Below, piece by piece: positions 18,448 through 26,361 of a DNA stretch of 64,000 bases (its first letter is position 1; the number at the start of each line of letters is the position of its first letter). The translations under genes were made by a program, and so were the position numbers. The notes beneath the pieces are model-generated. The model saw nothing but the letters and a program-made list of their open reading frames with translations, ran no database searches and was not told where the DNA came from. Source of the stretch: a virus. The stretch is from positions 105,778-169,777 of the IMG/VR virus record IMGVR_UViG_3300032249_000542. One strand, written 5' to 3'.

Positions 18448-18987
18448 ATGGCGAACGCAAAACATTATGTAAATAACACAGACTTCCTGAATGCTCTTAT
18501 AGAGTATAAAGCTAAATGTGATGAGGCAAAGGCAAACAATAAACCAGATCCACAAATTCCGAATTACATTGGAGAATGTTTTCTAAAGATCGGTGAACAC
18601 TTGTCTAGAAAACCAAACTTTATATCTTATTCTTTCCGAGATGAGATGATTGCCGACGGTATTGAAAATTGTTTAATGTATTTCAGAAACTTTGATCCTG
18701 ATAAATCAAAGAATCCATTTGCATACTTTACTCAGATTATTTACTATGCATTCTTGCGAAGGATTATGAAAGAGAAGAAACAGCTATATGTGAAGTATAA
18801 AGCAACAGAACAGTTTGGTATTCTGGATGAAGCAGAAATGTTTGAAGATGAGAACGGTAACTATAAACAGTTCGAGATGTATGAAAATATATCTGAATTC
18901 ATTCAAACATTTGAGGAAAACAAGAAGAAGAAAAAGGCAAAAGTGATAAAAGGAGTTGACAACTTCATAGAAAATGATATAGAATAA
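18448..18987 (+). CDS. gp55: Late sigma factor gp55
   Basis: HYVNN, IGECFLKI, NPFAYFTQIIYYAFLRRI. Confidence 0.96.
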   Translation: MANAKHYVNNTDFLNALIEYKAKCDEAKANNKPDPQIPNYIGECFLKIGEHLSRKPNFISYSFRDEMIADGIENCLMYFRNFDPDKSKNPFAYFTQIIYYAFLRRIMKEKKQLYVKYKATEQFGILDEAEMFEDENGNYKQFEMYENISEFIQTFEENKKKKKAKVIKGVDNFIENDIE

Positions 18988-18991
18988 GATT

Positions 18992-20062
18992 ATGAAAATT
19001 GCGATTCTTGGTGACACGCATCACGGTATGCGTGGTGACTCTTTAGACTTTCATAGATACTATGAGAAGTTTTATTCTGAAATATTCTTTCCATACCTCA
19101 AAGAGAATGGAATTGATACTGTATTTCAATTAGGTGATTTATTTGACCGCAGGAAGTTTATTAACTTCAACTCTCTTTATTTGGTACGTAAGTATTTCTT
19201 TGAAGCACTTAGAGAACATAATATACAGTTTCATACGTTACTTGGTAATCATGATGTTGCATTTAAAAATACACTAGAGGTAAACTCCTCTCAACTACTA
19301 TTAAACGAATATGGTAACATTACTGTATACGATTCTTTTACTACACTTAACTTTGACGGCATTGATGTTGATGTGGTACCTTGGATATGTGATGATAACC
19401 AAGTTGAAATCTTTGATAAAGTAAAAGAATCAAAATCACAAATTTGTTTCGGTCATTTTGAAATCGCAGGATTCGAAATGGATCGTGGTAATGTTTGTCA
19501 TGAGGGTATTGACAAATCACAATTATCCAAGTATGATGTAGTATTATCTGGTCACTTTCATCACAAATCAGATGATGGACATATCTTTTATGTTGGTACA
19601 CCTGGAGAGATGACATGGTCCGATTATAATGATCCTCGTGGATTCCATATCTTTGATACCTCTACAAGAGAATCTACATTCATTCAAAATCCATACAGTA
19701 TGTTTTATAAAATAACATACGATGATACCAAACAAGATTTTGAATATTGGAAACAACACGACTACACACAATACAAAGAAACCTATATAAAAGTAGTAGT
19801 ATTAAACAAACAAAATCCATTTATGTTTGACACCGTTATTGATAACTTATATAAATGTGGAGTGTCAGACCTTTCAATCGTTGAAGATTTTTCTGAAATA
19901 ACTTTTGACCAAGATCAAGAAATTATAGATCAAGCAGAAGATACTATGACTATTCTTTCTAAGTATATTGATGGGTTAACATTAAATGTTGAATCAGAAA
20001 AACTTAAAACACTAATGCGTGAACTATATGTTGAAGCATTGAACTTGGAGAAAATAGAATGA
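18992..20062 (+). CDS. gp47: Recombination endonuclease gp47 (Mre11-like)
   Basis: GDTH, LGDLFD, GNHD, GHF, SGHFH metallophosphoesterase motifs. Confidence 0.95.
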   Translation: MKIAILGDTHHGMRGDSLDFHRYYEKFYSEIFFPYLKENGIDTVFQLGDLFDRRKFINFNSLYLVRKYFFEALREHNIQFHTLLGNHDVAFKNTLEVNSSQLLLNEYGNITVYDSFTTLNFDGIDVDVVPWICDDNQVEIFDKVKESKSQICFGHFEIAGFEMDRGNVCHEGIDKSQLSKYDVVLSGHFHHKSDDGHIFYVGTPGEMTWSDYNDPRGFHIFDTSTRESTFIQNPYSMFYKITYDDTKQDFEYWKQHDYTQYKETYIKVVVLNKQNPFMFDTVIDNLYKCGVSDLSIVEDFSEITFDQDQEIIDQAEDTMTILSKYIDGLTLNVESEKLKTLMRELYVEALNLEKIE

Positions 20063-20691
20063 GTAGATCGATTTATCTATTCCCTAAAGAAAGAATGGGA
20101 GTGACTTATCCTTATGTATTTTGGGATGGACTTTTTACTGATGAAGAACTTGATAGAGTAAAAGATTATTGTCGTGGTCTTGAATTGGCAACTGGAACTA
20201 CAGTTGGAAAAGATGGAGAACAGGATGATAAAAATGAAGCAAGAAAATCTGATATCGCATGGGCTAACCCAGGTGACGATAACATGTGGATATTTGACAG
20301 ACTTTCATGGGTAACTGAAAAAATCAATGATAGATTCTATGAATTTAATCTGAATGGATTTTCTGTTTTTCAATACACAGTTTATGACGGTAAGAAAAAA
20401 CAAAAGTATGATTATCACATGGATACAATCCTAGGTACAGATAAACCGGTTGACATGGCAGAAACAAGAAAGTTGTCTATGTCATTGATACTTTCCGACC
20501 CTAAAGATTATGAGGGTGGAGAGTTTTATATTCAAAGTGGATCACCTGAACAAGAAAAATTATTAAAGATGGAACAACTTAAAGGTCGTGTACTAGCCTT
20601 CCCATCATTTATGATTCATGGTGTTGCACCAGTAACTAAAGGTAAAAGAGAATCTATAGTCGTATGGGTTGAAGGACCTAAGTTTAAATAA
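20059..20691 (+). CDS. 2OG-Fe(II) oxygenase (PKHD/prolyl-hydroxylase-like)
   Basis: YDYHMD, RKLS, YEGGEF, FPSFMIHGVAPVTKGKRES. Confidence 0.9.
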   Translation: MSRSIYLFPKERMGVTYPYVFWDGLFTDEELDRVKDYCRGLELATGTTVGKDGEQDDKNEARKSDIAWANPGDDNMWIFDRLSWVTEKINDRFYEFNLNGFSVFQYTVYDGKKKQKYDYHMDTILGTDKPVDMAETRKLSMSLILSDPKDYEGGEFYIQSGSPEQEKLLKMEQLKGRVLAFPSFMIHGVAPVTKGKRESIVVWVEGPKFK

Positions 20692-22397
20692 TGATATTTT
20701 TCCGTAATGTACGTTGGAAGAATCTTCTTTCAACGGGAAACTATTTCACAGAAATAAAGTTAGATAGTACATCCAATACTTTGATAGTTGGCAATAACGG
20801 ATCAGGCAAATCAACAATGCTTGATGCGTTATGCTTTGCATTGTTTGGTAAAGCATTTCGTAGTATCAATAAACCAAACCTTGTCAATTCTATCAACGGA
20901 AAAGATTGTGTGGTTGAAGTTGAGTTTGATGCTGCAAATAAATCATACAAAGTTGTTCGTGGTATTAAACCCAACGTATTCGAAATCTATCAAGATGGAA
21001 TACTACTCAATCAAGATTCTGCCGCAAGAGACTATCAAGAATTTCTAGAGAAGTTCATTCTCAAACTAAACTATAAATCGTTTACACAAATTGTTATTCT
21101 TGGTTCTGCATCATTCACACCGTTCATGCAGTTGTCTGCATCTGACCGTCGTGCAATCATTGAGGATTTGTTAGATATTCAAATATTTTCTTCAATGAAT
21201 GGTGTTGTTAAAGAAAGAATGTCTGGTAACAAAGATTTTATTCAATCAACAAAGAATGATCTTGAAGTTACAAAGAAAATCTACGATGTCAAGAAGAAAC
21301 ATCACGATGAACTTCAACAAGATAAACAAGCAAAGGTAAACGAATATGAGAGTGAGATACAAAGTTGCAGAGAAACCATTGGCACCCTTTGTGGAGAAAT
21401 TGACGACTTGGGGAGAACGCAAAGCACACTTGCCGAAGTCTGCTCGCAAATTCCTGAAAATGAAAAGAAGATTGCTTCGCTTAAAAAAATTGAATCCAAA
21501 ATTGAAAGCAAGATATCCCAAGTGGGAACAGATAGAGAATTCTATGAACACAATGCTGATTGCCCAACGTGTAGGCAGGCCATTACCTTGGAGTCTAAGG
21601 AACGGCACATGGGCGATCTACTATCAAAACAACAGGAACTTGATAGTGGTCTAACAGAACTTCAAGGAAAAATAACAGAGCATGAAACTCTGTTGGCATC
21701 TCTGCGTTCCGATGAACAGAAGCTTCATACTGTACGAATAGAACTTGCTACCAAACAAACTGGCAAAGCCGGACTAGAAGCATCAATTGTAAAATTAGAA
21801 AAGAAGATTACAGATTTACAAAACACACAACACACACAAGACGGAAGCGAATTAAAAGAACTACAGGACACCTATGAATCTTTACAAGGTCAATTAAAAG
21901 AGTTGTTGGATGAGAAGTCTTATTATGAAGCTGCCGCAATACTATTAAAAGATTCTGGTATTAAAACCAAAATCATCAAACAATATTTACCAATTATAAA
22001 CAAGTTGGTAAACAAATACTTGGCATCATTGGATTTCTTTGTTAATTTTACGCTTGACGAATCGTTCAAGGAAGTGATAAAATCTAGACATAGAGATGAT
22101 TTTAGTTACCACAATTTCTCGGAAGGTGAAAAACAACGTATCGATATGGCATTGATGTTGACATGGAGAGCGGTTGCTAAACTAAAGAACTCTGCAAATA
22201 CTAACCTATTATTATTAGATGAAGTGTTTGATTCGAGTTTAGATACTGGTGGTACAGAAGAATTGATGAAAATTTTACACATGTTGGATGATGTTAATCT
22301 ATATGTCATTAGTCATAAAGGTGATATTCTACATGATAAGTTTGCCAATGTTATTAAATTTGATAAAGTAAAAAACTTCTCAAGGATGGTGAAATGA
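20691..22397 (+). CDS. gp46: Recombination ATPase gp46 (Rad50-like)
   Basis: GNNGSGKST, CPTC zinc hook, FSEGEK signature, LLLLDE, VISH. Confidence 0.96.
   Translation: MIFFRNVRWKNLLSTGNYFTEIKLDSTSNTLIVGNNGSGKSTMLDALCFALFGKAFRSINKPNLVNSINGKDCVVEVEFDAANKSYKVVRGIKPNVFEIYQDGILLNQDSAARDYQEFLEKFILKLNYKSFTQIVILGSASFTPFMQLSASDRRAIIEDLLDIQIFSSMNGVVKERMSGNKDFIQSTKNDLEVTKKIYDVKKKHHDELQQDKQAKVNEYESEIQSCRETIGTLCGEIDDLGRTQSTLAEVCSQIPENEKKIASLKKIESKIESKISQVGTDREFYEHNADCPTCRQAITLESKERHMGDLLSKQQELDSGLTELQGKITEHETLLASLRSDEQKLHTVRIELATKQTGKAGLEASIVKLEKKITDLQNTQHTQDGSELKELQDTYESLQGQLKELLDEKSYYEAAAILLKDSGIKTKIIKQYLPIINKLVNKYLASLDFFVNFTLDESFKEVIKSRHRDDFSYHNFSEGEKQRIDMALMLTWRAVAKLKNSANTNLLLLDEVFDSSLDTGGTEELMKILHMLDDVNLYVISHKGDILHDKFANVIKFDKVKNFSRMVK
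21346..21654 (+). CDS. Candidate overprinted basic protein inside gp46
   Basis: AAGGT RBS 8 nt before ATG; local shift to rare codons in the gp46 frame. Confidence 0.35.
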   Translation: MRVRYKVAEKPLAPFVEKLTTWGERKAHLPKSARKFLKMKRRLLRLKKLNPKLKARYPKWEQIENSMNTMLIAQRVGRPLPWSLRNGTWAIYYQNNRNLIVV

Positions 22398-22570
22398 TAG
22401 AAATAAGTGGACACATGGATAAAGATCGCAAAGCGATTGTATCTTTGGACGAAGAAACAAGAAAATATATTGTGACATGTACAGATGGTTTTGGTGCAAG
22501 ATATACCTCAGACTTTTTAACTTTACATGCAGCAGAGAACTTTGCTGAAGATTGGGTGCTACAGAAATGA
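22394..22570 (+). CDS. Small hypothetical protein (58 aa, ends AENFAEDWVLQK)
   Basis: ATGA overlaps with both the gp46 stop and the def start; below the ORF-track cutoff. Confidence 0.7.
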   Translation: MIEISGHMDKDRKAIVSLDEETRKYIVTCTDGFGARYTSDFLTLHAAENFAEDWVLQK

Positions 22571-23181
22571 GTGAAATGATTAGTATTAATACCGAAGAAG
22601 GTATTACGTCATCTGTCAAAGATACAGAATTAGATGTACTTCCAGTTTATCCAGATGCATTCCCAATGCTTCAAGAAAAGGTTCCTGAGTATAAAGATGC
22701 ATTACCTAGTGGAACTATGACTGTTCTAGTCAAACGATTGAAGATGACAATGAAAGCATACAACGGTTTAGGATTGTCTGCAAATCAATGTGGAGTCTTT
22801 GAACGAGTTTTTGTAATGCGTATGCAAGATAGAAATGAAATAAAAAATGTTGCATGTATCAATCCAAAAATTATTGATGAATCTGATGAAATCATAAGAG
22901 ATAAAGAAGGTTGTCTTTCATACCCAGGAATGTTTCTTACAGTACCTAGATCACAATGGATTACTGCTTCATGGTATGATGAGAACGGTGAAGGTTATGA
23001 AGCAAGACTTGATGGCATACAAGCAAGAGTATTTGCACATGAACTAGATCATCTAAACGGTGTTAAGATGACTGACTATGTTGGTCCTGTTGCAGTTAAG
23101 ATGGCAAGAGATAAACAAGCAAAGTTGATGAAAAAAATTAAGCGACAAATGAAAAACGGAAAACTCCAAAACCCTATATAA
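22567..23181 (+). CDS. def: Peptide deformylase
   Basis: GLGLSANQCG, EGCLS, HELDHLNG. Confidence 0.95.
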   Translation: MSEMISINTEEGITSSVKDTELDVLPVYPDAFPMLQEKVPEYKDALPSGTMTVLVKRLKMTMKAYNGLGLSANQCGVFERVFVMRMQDRNEIKNVACINPKIIDESDEIIRDKEGCLSYPGMFLTVPRSQWITASWYDENGEGYEARLDGIQARVFAHELDHLNGVKMTDYVGPVAVKMARDKQAKLMKKIKRQMKNGKLQNPI

Positions 23182-23185
23182 TATT

Positions 23186-24367
23186 ATGAAATACAAACCA
23201 TACACACTTGCAGATATGAATGCTGCATCTGAACAAAATCTATTTACTGTCATCAGTACCTTTGCAGGTGCAGGTGGATCATCTACTGGATATAAACTTG
23301 CCGGTGGTAAAGTGCTTGTGTCTAACGAATTCGTTGACCATGCATATGAATCATACAAGTTAAATCATCCCGGGACAGTTGTATTGACTGGTGACATTAA
23401 AGAGATTGAAGGTTCTCGGTTTTTAGATGCTGCGAATCTATCTCCAGGTGAATTGGATATCTTTGATGGTTCTCCACCATGTACTCACTTTTCTATGTCA
23501 GGCAAACGTGAGAAGTCATGGGATAAAGAAAAGAACTATCATGGACATAAACAGTTTCAGATTGAGAAACTAACTTTGGAAATGATTCGTATTGCAAAAG
23601 ATTTACGACCAAAGACTATTGTTATTGAAAATGTGAAAGCATTATCATCAGGTAAGGCAATCAATTATTTAAATTCATTCAAATACGAGTTAGAAAAAAT
23701 TGGTTATAAGTGTATATCACATATTCTAAATGCATCACACTTTGGTGTACCTCAAGGACGTGAAAGAACATTTATCATCGGTGTTCGTAATGATGTTGCA
23801 GAGAAACTTGGTATTGAAGATTATAATTTATTTCAAACATTGTATCCTGAACCATCAGGAAAGAAGTTGTCACTACTAGGTGCGTTTGATGGATTAGATG
23901 ATGATCCTAACTATGCAATCGAATGTCAGAATGAAAGAGATAAACTTGCAAAAGGAAACATTGTTGTACGTGAAGTATTAAAGAAGATACCACACAATCC
24001 ACATAGACAAATGCAGTTCTGTAACTTTTTAAAAGATGTTGCAAAAGAAAACTCAGACATACCTAAACTTGCAAAGTTTAAAGATAAAGAATCGTACTTC
24101 AACTATTTCAGGTGTTCATGGGATGTACCATCTCCGACAATTACAGGAAGATGTCACTCTTACTTTCATCCATCTGAGGACAGATGTTTCACTTTGAAAG
24201 AATTGATGCGTATCATGAGTTTGCCTGATGACTTCAAGTTTGCTCCAGGTAGTGAAGAAGCAATGGAAGAACGTATTGGATTAATGGTTGCACCTAAAGT
24301 CATGCAAGCTATATCATCTAATCTTTACAACAAAATACTTAAACCTTATAAAGAGATGCAGCAATGA
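23186..24367 (+). CDS. C5-cytosine DNA methyltransferase
   Basis: Motif I FAGAGG, IV GSPPC, VI ENV, VIII QGRER, IX ELMRIMSLPDDF. Confidence 0.95.
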   Translation: MKYKPYTLADMNAASEQNLFTVISTFAGAGGSSTGYKLAGGKVLVSNEFVDHAYESYKLNHPGTVVLTGDIKEIEGSRFLDAANLSPGELDIFDGSPPCTHFSMSGKREKSWDKEKNYHGHKQFQIEKLTLEMIRIAKDLRPKTIVIENVKALSSGKAINYLNSFKYELEKIGYKCISHILNASHFGVPQGRERTFIIGVRNDVAEKLGIEDYNLFQTLYPEPSGKKLSLLGAFDGLDDDPNYAIECQNERDKLAKGNIVVREVLKKIPHNPHRQMQFCNFLKDVAKENSDIPKLAKFKDKESYFNYFRCSWDVPSPTITGRCHSYFHPSEDRCFTLKELMRIMSLPDDFKFAPGSEEAMEERIGLMVAPKVMQAISSNLYNKILKPYKEMQQ

Positions 24368-25287
24368 AAGAGTTTTTTATAGACACCGACCTTGGCTTCG
24401 ATGAAGCGCAAAAGTTTCATGGTCGTGTTCCTACAGAAGATGATTATGATTTAGTTGTTGATGCCGATGAAGTTGATGATGACTTTCGTGTATGGGGTCC
24501 TGCAAATATGTTCGGCGAAAGAGAACTACTTGCAGGTGTAGCACGTAAAGTATTTCCAAAAGATGTTTACGATGATTGTGTAAAGACAATGATGGAAATA
24601 AATCACACTTCCGATCTACGTACTGCACAAGCAGGACCATGGGATCCTGACGAACTACTTAAAAAGTTTGGATGGGTAGAAGGTGAACACTATAAGTTCA
24701 AAGGTAAGACAAGAAACGCATTGATACGTAAAAAGAAAGATGGTACATGGGATACTGTCGCAAGAGGTAAAGCAATTCATAGTGTTCTACTTGGATACAA
24801 GAAGGGTAGATTTACTGGAGAAGTAGAATTAGATGCATGGTCAAAGAAGAATCCAGAAAAACAAAAAGTATTCTTTGACATGAACTTCTATGCTGCAAAA
24901 TCATACAACTTCATTGCACCAAAAGAATATACTAATCAAGTAATGTTTGCAGACAAGTATATTAAAAAAGAAAATAGATTGAATGATACAATCTTTACTA
25001 CAATGTCAGCAAATAAATATACTGAGAACGATACATCCATGATGGGTTATCATATCGATGCAGGTGATTTGAACTCAAGTCTAACATGCATATCTGTATT
25101 TAAAGTTGGTGATTTCAAAGGTGCATACTTTATTCTACCACAACATCGTGTAGCAATATCAGTTGGTGATGGTGATGTATTTGTTGGTGACAGTCGTAAA
25201 CAACATGGTGTAAGCGAACTTGAAGGACCAGGGACTAGATTATCTTGTGTCTCTTATTGTGATACTAGGATGGCGAATGTTAAATAA
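24364..25287 (+). CDS. TET/JBP-family 5-methylpyrimidine dioxygenase
   Basis: HxD (YHIDAGD), distal H (QHG), R (TRLSCVSY); lies between a C5-MTase and a GT. Confidence 0.82.
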   Translation: MKEFFIDTDLGFDEAQKFHGRVPTEDDYDLVVDADEVDDDFRVWGPANMFGERELLAGVARKVFPKDVYDDCVKTMMEINHTSDLRTAQAGPWDPDELLKKFGWVEGEHYKFKGKTRNALIRKKKDGTWDTVARGKAIHSVLLGYKKGRFTGEVELDAWSKKNPEKQKVFFDMNFYAAKSYNFIAPKEYTNQVMFADKYIKKENRLNDTIFTTMSANKYTENDTSMMGYHIDAGDLNSSLTCISVFKVGDFKGAYFILPQHRVAISVGDGDVFVGDSRKQHGVSELEGPGTRLSCVSYCDTRMANVK

Positions 25288-26077
25288 TTTCTTTATACCA
25301 ACATATAAAAGACATGATGCACAAATAACTTTTAGTAATCTACCAAAGTCTTGGCAAGATAGAACATTCTTAGTTGTACAACGTGACGAACGACATTTAT
25401 ATAATGACTATCCGCACATTGTGTTACCTGATGATATAACTAAGGTGCCAGAGAAACGTGAGTGGATTGCAAAACAAAATCTTGACAAACGATTTGGTGT
25501 CTTTGATGATGACTTGAAGTTCTTTAAAACCAAAATGATTAATGATGATTATGAAAAGTCAAAAATCAAAATGGAAGATAAAGATTTTGATGACCTAGAA
25601 GAATTATTGTGTGGTTGGATGGATGAAGGTATTGTGTTTTGTGGTATGGATGTAACATCTAACATACCTGATCGTGAAAAAGAATACAAAGAGATTACTA
25701 GACAATGGTCTAACTTTTTCTTTGATGGTCCGAACTTTCCTGCGAATGAATTGGATTGGACTAGTATACGATATGCAGAAGATTTTCATGTTACCCTACA
25801 GTTATTTAAGATGGGGTATAAGAATCGTCTAAGTAATAGGTATAGAGTTGACCCAGGACCTGTTCAATCAGGCGGTGGATTAACTGATGAAAGAACTATA
25901 CAAGCACATAATGAATCTATGCAAAAACTTGCTTTAGCACACCCAGGACTAGTTGCGTTATATGAAAAAGAAACTACCGCTGGTGAGTGGAAAAATACTG
26001 CAAAAGTAGCAGCAAATATCTCATGGAAGAAAGCATTTAAAGATGCCAATTCGACAACACTAGAAAGTTTCTTTTAA
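25277..26077 (+). CDS. TET-associated DNA glycosyltransferase (GT-A, TAGT/GREB1-like)
   Basis: FIPTYKR, VFDDDLKF (DxD), AEDFHVTLQLFKMGYKN, SGGG; ATG 25277 overlaps the TET stop. Confidence 0.8.
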   Translation: MLNNFFIPTYKRHDAQITFSNLPKSWQDRTFLVVQRDERHLYNDYPHIVLPDDITKVPEKREWIAKQNLDKRFGVFDDDLKFFKTKMINDDYEKSKIKMEDKDFDDLEELLCGWMDEGIVFCGMDVTSNIPDREKEYKEITRQWSNFFFDGPNFPANELDWTSIRYAEDFHVTLQLFKMGYKNRLSNRYRVDPGPVQSGGGLTDERTIQAHNESMQKLALAHPGLVALYEKETTAGEWKNTAKVAANISWKKAFKDANSTTLESFF

Positions 26078-26086
26078 GACAACTGC

Positions 26087-26115
26087 TTGACATAAAGCGG
26101 GTTACCATGTATAAT
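26087..26115 (+). promoter_or_regulatory. Early sigma70 promoter (perfect consensus)
   Basis: TTGACA-N17-TATAAT. Confidence 0.9.
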
Positions 26116-26150
26116 GTAATTTAAGTTGGTAAATCAAGAAAGGAAACCCA

Positions 26151-26342
26151 ATGTCAATTTGGCAACAAATGTCTAAAGAGGAAGAAATGCATTTTCACAC
26201 CTCGGTAAATGATGTTATTTCTGCATTTAAATACCACGGTATGCCAGCCGTACTAGATGAAGTATTCAAGGATGCGGCAATTCGGCAACAATTCTATACA
26301 TACTTGACAAATACAGCAAAATCTGTTAATATATCAGTCTAA
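26151..26342 (+). CDS. Small early hypothetical protein
   Basis: RBS AAGGA, downstream of a consensus promoter. Confidence 0.65.
   Translation: MSIWQQMSKEEEMHFHTSVNDVISAFKYHGMPAVLDEVFKDAAIRQQFYTYLTNTAKSVNISV
26304..26332 (+). promoter_or_regulatory. Early sigma70 promoter
   Basis: TTGACA-N17-TAATAT with extended TGn. Confidence 0.7.
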
Positions 26343-26361
26343 ATCAATTTTAGGAACTAAA

